Below the pieces are notes generated by a model, which was not told the DNA's origin, made no database searches, and saw only the letters and a list, made by a program, of their open reading frames with translations. A program made the position numbers and the translations under genes. A stretch of DNA of 63,126 nucleotides, the filler included, from Ministeria vibrans ATCC 50519 (lineage: Eukaryota; Protista; Filasterea), in the NCBI GenBank assembly GCA_943704425.1. It is 10 parts of 10 records of this genome, joined end to end, with 100 filler letters (N's around TTAATTAATTAA, not from the genome) between each part and the next. Parts side by side here need not be neighbours in the genome. Positions count along the whole stretch, not along the records: positions 4,152 to 26,998 come from CALSCP010000328.1; 9 more parts are not named here. One strand, 5' to 3'. Positions within the stretch are counted from its first letter, which is position 1, and each line of letters opens with the position of its first letter. This document shows, in pieces, positions 12,103-24,372 of this stretch.

Positions 12103-14648
12103 ATGAAAAGCGCAAAGCTGTCAACAACCCAAAAGAAGCACGCCAAGGATGTGTTTGATGCCCACGACGAGGACAAGGACGGAAAGCTGGAGTTGGATGA
12201 ACTCATTTTGGCGTTCACGACGCTGAAAATTCCCAACGCGAAGAAGCAGGCGATTGAACTAGTGAAGCAAAACGAAGACGACGATGGTCTGGCTACAGTA
12301 GACTGGTACACGTTTTTGTTGGGAGTGATGGCAATTGGAATCGATTCAGTTGAGGGCGATGGCGCGGGAGAAAGCTCCCCAAAAGGTCCGCAGCACGACC
12401 TCGCCAAAGCGCAAAGAGCGGGCCAAATGAGCGTCATTGGACGCCGTGGGAGTGCCCAATCTGTAAAGCGCAGCACCAGTGGAATCAACAGTCGCTTTTC
12501 TCGCGTTCGCGAAGTGGGTCGAGGCGGATTTGGTGTCACGTACATTGCAAAAGATGGCGAGTGTCTCGACAAGCTTGTCCTGTGCAAAGTAAGACTGTGT
12601 CTCCATGCCACGCCTTTAACTTTATGCTTTTTGAATTGTTGTTTCATAGTATCTGCACAAGGTTGACTCCGATTCTCTTCGTCTTTTTCGCCAAGAAGCA
12701 GAGAAGGTAATATTTTTTAAAACTTGATAATAATTACCGTTTGTTCCGCAAATCAAAACAACACAATAATAGTAGAATAAAATTATAATAACGACTATAC
12801 ACTTTTGTTTTTGTCTCTATTTTGCAGCTTCTTCAGCTGGACCACCGCAACATCCCCAAAGTGTTGGCGTATTTTGAGATGGAGAAGGAGAAGGAATTTC
12901 TACTTGTGATGGACTATATTGATGGCAAAAACTTGGCACAAGTGGTCGAAGAGAGCGGACCAATGCCCGAGGCACAGGTGCTCGAGACCATTATGACCAT
13001 GTGTAATGTGCTTCAGTATGTCCATTCTCAAGTAAGTTCCACTTTTTGCTTATAGAGAAAATAGAGAGGTGTTGTCCAAAATAATTATTAACATGACTGT
13101 CTTTTCTTTCAGAGCATTATTCATCGCGATGTGAAAGCAGAGAATATTATGCAGTCCAAGTCGGGCCGACTGTATCTGGTCGACTTTGGAGCGTGTGGGG
13201 CAGCCAAGGGCGGAATGGCCTCGACGGTCATTGGCACTCCCGGCTACCTTCCGCCCGAGATTGCGCAGGGCTGTGCCACGTACGAATCCGACTTTTTCAG
13301 CCTGGGTGCGTGTGCGCTGTTTCTGCTCACCAAGAAACACCCGCATCAGCTGCTTGGCGGGGTGTCGCGCAGCGGTGCGCGTGGCAGCGACCATCCGTTC
13401 AGCAAGGCCCTGGGTGCTCTCAAGAGCGCGGGCACAGTGAGCCAGTCGATGCACGACCTGCTTGACGCCATGCTGCAGCCCAACCCCAGCAAGCGCCGTG
13501 TGCAGCTGCAGGCCCATCCCTCGGGCGTGCTCAGCTCTAGCCCAACCAACTCAGAAGCGTCCTTGTCAGGCGATGAGAGTGCCGAGGCTCTCAAAGCGCG
13601 CCTCAACGCCGAGATTTCACGAGACGACTTTGCCGAGCGCGTTCTGTCGCTCAAGTCGACGGACACGCAGGACACGGCGGCCGCCGCGTACATCTCAGCG
13701 GGAGACGTGTCGCCCAACGTGCAAGAGTGCGAAGTGCGCGTGTGCACGTACCTCTTCAAGTTTATCTTGGTCCAGGTGGACGTCATCAAGTCCATTGTCG
13801 AGGGCATCAGCAAGAAGATGATTGAGGCGCTCAACCGCAAAACCGCCGATGCGACGGGCGGCAAGACCATCGACGTGCGTCTCGAGGGAGTCGTCAACGA
13901 CGCCATGCGCATGTTTCTACAGGCAGCCCATCGCTACGCGCACCTTCACGCACAACGCGTCGACGTGGAAACGCTCCACCAGATGCGCTTTGCGCTGATG
14001 TACATGTCGTGCCAGAAATCGATGGCTGAGGTGCGCGAAGCAGCCGCCAAGCTGATCCAGGCGGTGCTCACGAACAGCCTGAGCGGTCCTCAGATGCTGC
14101 GCTGGCACATGCAGCGCGACGACTTCCTGGACGAGGTCAAAGGTGCGGGATGCACCAACGAGGAGCGGAGCATTGCCGAGAAGTTCTGCACGCTGGGCGA
14201 CATTACCCCCAACGTGGTCGACTGCAAGGTGAGCGAGTGCACGGCGCGCTTCAACTTTGTGCACGAGTCGGCGAGCGTCCTTATTGGCGTGGTGGTGCGC
14301 CAGATGAACGAGTCGGTGGACAGTTCGCTGGCGGAGGTGCTGGGCAAGCGCAACGTCCTCGAGATCAACGACAAGGCATGCTGTGCCGACGCCTACCGCA
14401 TCTTTGTGCAGGCGCTGCACCACTTCACGCACGTCAACGAAATCAACGACCCCAAGAAGCTTCACTCCATGCGCACTGCGCTTGTCATTGAGGCGTCGCA
14501 CAAGGCCACGCAAGAAGTACGCGACGGTGCAGTGGCGCTTCTAGAGCAACTCGTTGCGCGCGCACAGGGCGACAAGAAGCAGCAGGCACAGGACACGCTG
14601 ACCATGGCAGCACGCAAGAAGAAGAAGGACGAATGTTGTGTCATGTAA
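12103..14648 (+). CDS. EF-hand + Ser/Thr kinase (bacterial Pkn2-like) + duplicated unknown domain + polybasic CaaX; 4 exons
   Basis: EF loop DEDKDGKLELDE; GRGGFGVTY, LCK, RQEAEK, HRDVKAEN, DFG, GTPGYLPPE; two ~155-aa repeats starting RDDF; ends RKKKKDECCVM*. Confidence 0.85.
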
Positions 14649-14884
14649 TGACTAATGCGAGTGCGAGAAAGAGACTGAGAGAGAATAGAGTCGAGACTGA
14701 GAGTGATTGACGTGCGACTGAGAGAATATAGTCTGATGTTTGTTAAAAAAACAACTCACCAATCGATAATACCGAGTTCGTAGTCTTACTCCTTTATTGT
14801 TTTAATAAATAGTACAACACACACACATACACACACACAATCGATTGCTTTCTTTTTAGTACACAATTAGTCATTGCTTTTCTG

Positions 14885-14955
14885 CTACTTCCGCTCCAAA
14901 TGCATTCGCGCCCGTCTCAATTGCGTTGCTGCTCCATCGCCGATCATCTAACGTT

Positions 14956-14999
<44 letters not shown>

Positions 15000-15326
15000 T
15001 AAAACATCAACACCCTTTTCCCTTCTTTTGTGTTCTTCTTCTTACTTGTTGAACTTGGTCGACTGAGAGAGCCGGAAGATTGTCCAAACGCGAGTCGGAT
15101 ATGAGTTTGAGTGGATGTTCCGAGTCTGTTCCCGCCAGAATTCCCGAAAGGCGTTTGCTGCCACGCAAAGCAGATTGTAAAGTGTACAAGCGATAGATGT
15201 TCCACGCGACAAAGACATTGGGACCCGGGAGAATTGAGAGAGAGGCAGTGAAGGGAACGGCACACGCCCAGAGAACCAGTCGCCTCTGCAAAAGAGTATG
15301 TCATCTCTCGTCACTCTCACTCTCTT

Positions 15327-15360
<34 letters not shown>

Positions 15361-15852
15361 TTTCTCTCACGCGTGCATCTTACCCTATGGATGCTCTGCG
15401 TGGTGTCGAGGGTTCGCATGAGACGCTCAACAATCTCAGCGGAGGCGTCTGATTCCGGATGGACAAGCTCGACAGTGCGCTCGCCGTGCCCGACGCGGCT
15501 TGGGACTTCCTTGAGCGCATGCTCCCACGGATCGATGCGGTCCAGGCCGCTCAGCGCCCTTTGGTGCACCTTGTACCTCCATGTTCCTGTGCGCGATCGC
15601 GAAGGGAAGCGCCCACGAGAGCGGGACGGGAGGATCGCGCAAAATTAGCTGCCACATCGAAATCAACTGCTCCTTACCCTCCTTGGCCTGTGCCAGCTCT
15701 TTCCATTCGCCTTCAAACCTATGCAACAGCCACTGGACGGCTCTGCGTGCAAGGTTTCCAGTGGGTTCGCCCTTGACTGCATTTGCTTCTTTTTCAATGA
15801 ATAGAGTCATCGATTGGCCCCTCAGCGGCATCACCCATAGTCGAAAGTGCAT
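14885..15852 (-). CDS. Mitochondrial K+/H+ exchange-related protein (Mit_KHE1/YDL183C-like), multi-exon
   Basis: MHFRLWVMPL...WKELAQAKEG|TWRYKVHQRALSGLDRIDPWEHALKEVP...IHR|RRLVLWACAVPFTASLSILPGPNVFVAWNIYRLY...ALRGSKRL. Confidence 0.75.
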
Positions 15853-16116
15853 GTCGCAAGTGAGCTCTTCAAAAGGAGAGGGCCCCACGAAGCGATGGAA
15901 AACAATTGAACGGGCAATCAAAATATTTTATTCAAAAAGGTAAGTTTTCATGTTCCGACACTCCTCCAATTACTCTGTAACACACGCCAGTGCGACCAAT
16001 TTCATTGGGCCTTTCTCTCAATCAATCATTTTGTAAGCGTCTTTGTTACTTTTCTACATATTTCTATCTGCTGTACACCAAAGCTACCCGAGTCAAAACA
16101 AACTGAAACACTTGTC

Positions 16117-16331
16117 TCACATTGTATTGTAATACTCCCCAAACACTGCCCAATTGTGTTGCGTGAGAACTCTTATGTCACGCACTAGAGCACCGAGTTC
16201 CTCTGCAACACATTCAATGGGGCTGGTGGAACTCACTTTGGCGGTCTGTTCCAAATGTGCTCGCGCGTGCCTGAGCACCAGTGGACGCGCTGCTCCTTCT
16301 CCCGTCACTCCCTACACACACACACGCACAC

Positions 16332-16412
<81 letters not shown>

Positions 16413-19248
16413 ACAAAGACACACACACACCACAAAGACACACACACACACACGTTTCGTTATTTCCTCGATATATCACATCATCATGAATTATCATTTT
16501 ACCTGTGTAAAAAGATTAGTGAGAATGCGAGTAAGCACAGGTGCAAGAGGTTCTTGAGGCAGTGCCGCGAGAGCACACTTCAGTGCAACTAGTGCAGTCT
16601 CATCGGCAGATTGACTTGGATGAACCAACAGCGTCTCTTTGAGCTTGTCCAGGAAGAGACGACGCTCGCGGGCCGGGCGCAATCCTTCAAGGGCACTGAG
16701 TCCGGTGGCCGCAAGTGTGGCCACCGTGACAAGCAATTGGAACTGTGTGTGAGCGCTGCGCAGTCGCATTCGGTCGAGCCAAAGGGACTCGGGCACGCGC
16801 GCATCGTCAGCAGGCACACCCGACACAACCATGTCAAGCACCCCCGCAGCAACCACATACCGCACCTCCTTCGCCCCTCCCTCTGCACTACCCTGCGCCG
16901 CCCGCATAGAGTGTACCCACTCGCGCGTGACTCTGAGTGACAGAACACCGCTCTCTATTAGACGCGCAATCTGCGCCTGTTCATACTCGGCCGCGTGAGC
17001 CAACAGCAACGGCCGTGACTCGCGCAGCCGGTGCTCCGCCATATCCACACGCATCTCCTCCAGTAATTCCATCAGCACGCGCCACCTCCCCACCACACTA
17101 CTGTATGTCGCGCTGTCAAGCAGCAGTGTCTTGAGAGCACTGTCACGCACGGGAGCACACACCTCAAGCATCCGCTCGACACAGTAGCGCATAAGCTGTC
17201 CACAGTCCAAACAACCGTGTCGTTGCTGCTGTTCAATCAACGCACTATCCAAATGCTCACAAAGTCCATCGCGAGCACTCGCAGGCGACACATCCACAAG
17301 ACCACTGCGGAGTGTGTCCACCAGTGACAAGACACCGCGCGTGTCCCCCCGAGCCAACTGCTCTTCAAACTGCACCCAGAACGCACGCGTCACACCCTCA
17401 CGCACTCGCTCCTCCAAACCCACCTCGCCCTGTTGCGCCGCCTTTTTCTCGTGGCGCAACGTGAAGCCTGGATTCACAGCAACTTCGTGTGCAATCGCCA
17501 TCTTCTCATTGCCACACTGCAGCGCTCGCAGAGCACTTAGTGTTTCCTCACTCATCCGCATTGTCATGTCCACGGCGTCGTTCTCTACTTCCTTTTGCTC
17601 TTTTTCTTCCATCGTTTCAAGCAGTGTACCCCTGAGCTCTTCTTCGATGACCTGCTGTCGCTGCTGCTCAAGCAAAAGCCGGCGCTTTTCAAAGGCACAC
17701 TCGGTCTGGCGCACTGTCTCGCGCACTGCCTGCTCGCCGCCCAGTCGTCCAATGCGCTTGCGCAGAGCACTCAGTTGACTCTGGATGTGCGGGTGCCACT
17801 CGGCGGCAGCTGCGTCGTTGCTAGCCGTCGTGAGCTGAAGCAGTCCGAGTTCGACGTGATGAGCCATCAGCGACTGCACTAGATCGTTTGCGTCGCTGTT
17901 GCGCCAGTGAGTAAAACGCGCCAGATACGAATGCCAGGCACACACAAAGCTAGTGGCATCGAACCGGTGACTCGCAAACAAGTGTGCAAGATGTGTTGCT
18001 GTGACACGTAGGAGACGCGCAGAGGTGCGTGATGGTTGCGACATGACTTCGTTGGGATGTGACACAATGAGTGTCGCTGTAAGCAACTGCTTGGCGCGTT
18101 TGAAGGTGTCGGTCGTCGCCGCTGTTGTTGCTGTTGTAGTTGTTGTTGTTGCTATTGTTGCCGTGTTTGTGTTGTTGCTTGTGTCAGCAATGAGTTTGAC
18201 GAGCGTGTGAGCAGCTTCGACTACCGAGCGAGAGTTAATCAGCTGGGCCATGTCGTCAAAGGTGCGTTGCTGAAACACATCAAGGCGCGACAGCGAGCGC
18301 ACGGCACACCGGAGACGCCACCAGCGTTGGAGCGTCGTCGCCGCAGTGGTGCAATCGGCAATGGATGGAAAGAGAAACGGGCTGACGTCAAGTGGCGGGA
18401 GGATCGTCGGTGAGCTAAGAGACGCTACACAATACAATATTCATATTATGTCGATGATGATGATGATGATGATGTACGACTAAAACATACGACGCTTGGT
18501 GGAGAGAAGAGACGAACCCAGCGCCATGGCCTGTGCGCGCTCGACGGTGGCTCGCGACCGCAGCTGCCGCCGTCGGAGAATGCGGCTGCGCTGCATGGCA
18601 GCATTTTCAAGGGACGCTTCGAGTTGGGCGCGCGCGTGCGTCGTCGCTTCGTGGCCGGCTGAGCGGAAGGAATCCATGCGCTCTTTCATGGCAGTGTGCC
18701 TATGCATAGGAGGGTGGGTCAGTGGCGCGAGTCAGCCGGCTCCGTCCGGACCGTTGAGTGAGCCGTTCGCGTCGATGACGCAAAAGTTCTTCCCGTCGAA
18801 GTTCAGCGCGTTTCATACGGTCCAAACGACTGTCGTCGACGCGCGACGCGCGTTCCAGTCGTTCCTAGAGACAGTTGTTTTGAATGTTGTCATCAGGAAA
18901 AGAAAGTGACAGAGCAGACAGACTTGAGGAACAGCAAAGTGAGCAAGTTCAATTGAACTCCCGCAGTTTCGCACAGTTGTACTGTGATCGGGGTGGTACG
19001 TCGCTCTGAAAGAACACGGATGTACACTGCAAACGCACATACCTCAATGTGACTGGGTAGAGTGGACGGGACAGCTAGTTCGGACGCAGGGAGGACAAAC
19101 GCGCAAGAAGAGGTGCTCTATGAATAATATTGCGTTACTTTTTGCTCACGAGCCGAAATGCGGTGAAAATGACGGTGAAACGGATTCAGTGTACCTCTAC
19201 GTGAGTTTGAATGGGGCAAACTTGGTCGAGGTTGTCTTCAAAATCCAT
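16117..19248 (-). CDS. T-complex protein 11 (TCP11/SOK1) family protein; 5' exons tentative
   Basis: IAHEVAVNPGF, VREGVTRAFW, CAPVRD, MRVDMAEHRL...EYEQ, VPESLWLDRMRL, HNWAVFGEYY; IQ-like LQRWWR. The start at 19248 (MDFEDN) is inferred. Confidence 0.85.
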
Positions 19249-19768
19249 TTTTTTATCTTTTGGGCTTGACGAGTATTCTCTATAGTACAGATAGAGTAAA
19301 GTGTTCTCCTCCTGAGAATGTGAAGTGGGTGTGCTTCTCGTGCATAAGCATGTGCCTTACTGTTAGTCAAGAAAGCTGTTGGGCTTGCCTTGAGTGAAAA
19401 TGGCGATGCGTGTGGAGAGAGGAAAGGGCAAAAAATAGTGAGCGGAAGATCAAAGAACTAAAGAATACCTTCAGAATACCCATAAAGTCCATATTAGCGT
19501 ATTCAGGAATCTGTCACTCAATCAGGGGGTCTATCGACTATCACTCGTGCATGGGCTTTCGTTGGGCTATTGCTTGTTTCGGACTGAAAGGTAGAAGCCT
19601 AGGTCGATCCACTTTCACTTTGAAGACGAGCCAGCGAGGCCATTTGGTCCGTTTGGCAATTGAGTCACTTGAGTCATTTGAGTCTGGAGTGCGAACACTG
19701 CCATTCGGTCCAACTATCAAGTTTCAACTTTGTGCTTTAATTGAAGTGAATCAAATTATTCACTAATT

Positions 19769-21887
19769 ATGATGCACAGTTTGGTCGTCTGCCTCCTCGC
19801 CAGCATGGTGGGTGTTGGGCGTGCCCAGATGCATGCGCCGACCGACCTGCGCGTCGATGCCATGCCCTGTCCGGCGTCTGCGGCGTCTCTGTCGCCCGTC
19901 TTCTCCTGGCGCCTCTCTGCCGTCTCTGCCGCCCAACCGGCTTCCTGGCACATCGTCGTGCGCGATGCCCTCTTGCGTGATGTCGTCTGGGACTCCCAAC
20001 AGCAGGTTAATCGTTCGTGTCGCTTTCCTTTTTTTTGCTGAACTTGAACTGTTTTTTTTTTGTTGCTGTTGTTGTTGTTGATGTTGTGTTTGACAGGTCT
20101 CAGAAACCACTCACCACGCGCGTACCGTGTACGCCGGGGCGCCGCTGCGTTCAGGGTCGCGCTACACGTGGACTGTGGCATGTCTCAGCGACGATTCCGT
20201 CTCTGTGTCCTCGAGCGAAGGGGTTTTCTATACGCCCTTGCAAGACGTACTATCACAGATCAATTGATTTATTTGTTTTCTTCTTATTATTTGTTTGTGT
20301 TCTTCTACTTAGAAAGACTGGGCGTCTTCGGAGTGGGTCGCGGGAAACGCCACAGACACACCTGCGATACGCTCGCCGAACAATCTGTTCCGCTCAACGT
20401 TTCACCTGAGCGGCTCTCTCCCGCCCATTGCCAATGCACGCGTCTACTCGGCCGGTCTGGGTTACCACCACCTGTTTGTGAATGGGAAGCGTATCAGTGA
20501 TGTTATGCTTCAGCCTGGCTGGACCAAATACGAAACGGTATACAAACATGTATATTGTTATTAATAATAATTTTACTCTATTTTAGCGTGTTGAGTACGT
20601 GACCAACGACGTGACGCATGCCATCTCAAGCGGCAGTGACAATACGGTGGGAGTAATGCTGGGCATTGGCTGGCGCGATTCTTCGCAGTACAAGAACAAC
20701 GACCACTCGCCTGCGCCCACTACCGAGCGCTGTCTGCGTCTAGTTGTTGTCATCGACTTCACTGACGGCACTCAGAAGAGCTTCTCGGAGACTTCTGCGT
20801 CGACGTGGCGCACCCATGCGGGACCTGTCGTAAGCGATTCGCTCTACAACGGCGAGGCGTACGACGCGCGTCTGGAAATCGCCGACTGGGCTCTGCCGTC
20901 GGGCGGTGGCGGGTGGCCGCCTGCCACAGCCGTCACTGGGCCCTCGGGCGCCCTCCACCCGCTCACCCAGTTTCCTGTTTCGGTCTCGCAAACGCTTAAG
21001 CCTATCCACGTGATGAATTTTGAGGAGGGAAAGTACATCTTTGACTTTGGCAAAAACTTTGCGGGGGTGTGCACTCTGCGCGTCAAAGGCCCCGCCGGCA
21101 CTAGTGTCACTCTGCGCTATGCCGAGATTCTCGATGACAAGACACACACCGAGATCTTCACAGGGAACTTGCGCTCGGCCAAGGCCACAGACACGTATAT
21201 TCTAAAGGGTGCCGCGCAGGGGGAGGAATACACGCCCTTCTTCACGCAGCATGGTTTCCGCTTTGTCGAGGTATACACATAATTTATGTTGTGAAATTTG
21301 TTTGTGTGTCTAAAATGTAGCCTGTTTGAAGGTGACGGGCTACCCTGGCATCCCCACGAGCGAGTCCCTTCTAGGCTTGCACTTCCACACTGCGGCTCCG
21401 CAGCGCGGTGACGTGATCTTTCACGGTGGCAGTGCGCCTGTCCTCAACACTATCCACTCGGCCATTGTGTGGGGTCAGCGCTCAAACCTTATGAGTGTCC
21501 CGACCGACGTACTGTCTCTTTTACCTTGTATGTGTGTGTGTGAAAAGCTCATGTGTGTATGTGTGTGTGTGTGTAGTGCGATCAACGCGACGAGCGCTTG
21601 GGTTGGATGGGCGACGCATCACTCTCCTCTGAGCTCATTGGACTCAACTTTGACTCTGCTGCTCTCTACCGTAAATTCATTGCAGACATTCGCGATGAAC
21701 AAGTTAGAAGCACAATTTAGGATACCTTGTCTCTCTATGTGATACTGAGACTCGTTCTTGTTTCGACCCCCCGCTCCTCCTCCTCCTTCTTTAGGATTCA
21801 GACGGGTCTGTTCCCGATGTCGTTCCATTTGTGCGCTATGGGTCACGTCCCGCTGATCCTGCATGGGGCGCAGCCTATCCTCAGGTA

Positions 21888-21956
<69 letters not shown>

Positions 21957-22460
21957 TTTTATTATAATTATTAATTTATTATAATTTTATTGTTCTTTGT
22001 ATTTCCTGGTTTGGCGTAATAATAATTTTTATTATTTATTTTATTATAATTTATTGTTCTTTGTATTAATGTATTTTCCTGGTTTGGCGTTTTAATATTG
22101 ATGATTGTGTTGGTTTCCTAATCTTAGCTTGTGTACACTCTTTTGGTGTACTACGGTGACTCTGAGACTGCTTCGGAGCATCTGCTTAATCTTGTGTCGT
22201 ACATTGAGTTCCTCGAGGAAAAGGTCAAACAGACGGGACTGGAGAAGATGTTCTCAAACTACGGGTAAGAATCACATGAGAAACTTGATTCTTTTTCTCT
22301 CTCTACTCTGTCTTTCCATCTTTATTCCTCTACTACTTTTTTATCATTATATTTCTTAATCACTTTCCTTCTCTATCATGCTTTCTCTGTTTCTATTTCT
22401 CTCTCTTACCATCACACTTTGTTTCTCTCTCTCTCTCTCTCAAACTCTCTTTCTCTCAAA

Positions 22461-22491
<31 letters not shown>

Positions 22492-24284
22492 ACTTTCAAA
22501 CTCTCTCAAACTTTCAAACTCTGTCTCTGTCTCTCTCTCTCTCAAACTTTCAAACTCTCTCAAACTTTCAAACTCTCTCTCNNNNNNTTTCAAACTCTCT
22601 CAGTGACTGGTGTCCCCCTCCGCCTGCGCCAAAGATGCTCTCGGCTGAGCTGAGTGCCTTCAATTACCTTGTCAATGTGCAACAGGTTGCGTTTATTGCG
22701 TCCCGTGTGGGTCGCAGTGATATTGCCAAGCAGATGAACACGCTTGCGGAGCAGGTGCGCACCAACTTCAAAAGTGCCTTTTACCACAATGGGACGTATG
22801 TGAGTGGAATCCAAGCCGAAGTGTCTCTTCCACTCTTCCTGCACAACGTCAACACTCCCTCCGAATACGCGTCGCTGCTTGATTCGCTTGTGCATGACAT
22901 TGAAACAACCCACAAGGGCCATTTGACCGGTGGTATCAGTGGCACCAAGTTCATGATGCTTGCATTGCCCGAGTGGGGTCGGGCCGATGTGGCTCTTTCG
23001 GTGGCGGAGAAGAACGACTACCCCAGCTGGGGCTACATGATGTACAACACGCTGGAGCCCGCCACGACCATCTGGGAGCTTATGGATGCGCCGCAGGAGG
23101 GCAACGGCATGAACAGTCGCAATCATCATGTGAGGGATAGAAAGAGAGGCGCCTCGCTACTCATTTCTTTTTTCTTGTTTTGTGGCAGATGTGGTCCTCT
23201 GTCGGACTGACCTTTTACGAGAACTTTTTGGGATTGCGTCCTGACACTGAACGTCGTTTTGGGTATGTCGACTCGATTATGACGCCGGGAACAGTCGCTG
23301 GACTCACTGGTGGTAAACACAATCAACGCTAAAAATATTAATAATTTATTATGTTAACGATTGTGTCTTATCGTGTTTCATTTCTCTTCAGCAAGTGGGT
23401 ATGTGAACACTGCACATGGAAACGTGTCGTTGTCGTGGGAGCGCAGTGGCGGACGCCAGTGTGGCCGTGCGGCCGAGGGACAGACCATGACGTTGTCGTG
23501 CGGTGCGCGCGGTGGGGTCATTTCGCGTGTGCTGTTTGCGTCATTTGGACAGCCTGTCGGCTCGTGTGGCAGTGCAGTGGAACACGAGTCGTGTCACGAT
23601 GGTGTTGTGTCGCGTGTGCGTGTGGAGCGGGCGTGTGTTGGCAAACAGGAGTGCCAGGTTGAGGCCCAGGGGAGTGTTATGGGAACATGTGAGGGTGGTG
23701 CAGTGGAGCGCCGCTGGATGGCGGCCGAGGTGGAGTGCAGCGAGAACGCCGAGTCGCTCTCGGTCAGCACTGGTATTCCCATTGGCGCCGAGACCACTGT
23801 GGTGTTCCCGTCGATTGCAGCCGCTAACATGAGCATTACAGCCAATGGCCACACAGTGTGGGCGAACGGCGCATTCGTGCCGGGCACCGCTGGTGTGCTC
23901 TCGGGCACTGCCGATGCCACCAAGCACACCGTGTCGCTTCGCACCTCCTCAGGTGCATTCACCTTCGTCTCCAGTGGCACCAGTGCTCCAGCTACTCTTT
24001 GTGCTCATGGTGCCTCCAACGAAACCCTCACCCTTGAGTGTCCCGCCTCAACCACCATCAGTCGCATTGAGTTCGCGTCGTACGGCCTCCCCTCCGACTG
24101 CAGTGTCCTCTCCTCTCGTCGACATCCCCGCGTCCATGCTGCTGCCGCCCGCAATGCCTTTGAGCGCCACTGTCTTGGTCGTTCCTCTTGTCGTGTTGTC
24201 CCTGCCAAGGATATCTTTGTGTCGGGTCCCCTTTTTGAGTCTACTGAGTCTCTTTCAGCCGTCGTTCGTGCCATTTGCGCGTAA
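19769..24284 (+). CDS. Secreted alpha-L-rhamnosidase (GH78) with two SUEL/Gal-lectin domains, multi-exon
   Basis: Signal peptide; SLYNGEAYDARLE, YIFDFGKNFAG, LRYAEIL, NLRSAKATDTY, FTQHGFRFVE, SVPTD|CDQRDERLGWMGD, DPAWG, DWCPP, YPSWGYM, ATTIWE, MNSRNHH; lectin motifs FASFG/FASYG with the Cys pattern. Confidence 0.93.
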
Positions 24285-24372
24285 ATCCAAAACACAAGAC
24301 ACTCAATGAACTCAAAAAACAACAATAGCAAAAGAGTGGTTTTACACAATACATTACATTTTGAAAGAATGC

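Noticed and set aside
19270-19420. U3 snoRNA-like words (TTCTCTATAG, CTCCTGAGAATGTGAAG)
   Set aside because: No convincing box C', C or D, and no terminal stem. An Infernal/Rfam search would settle it.
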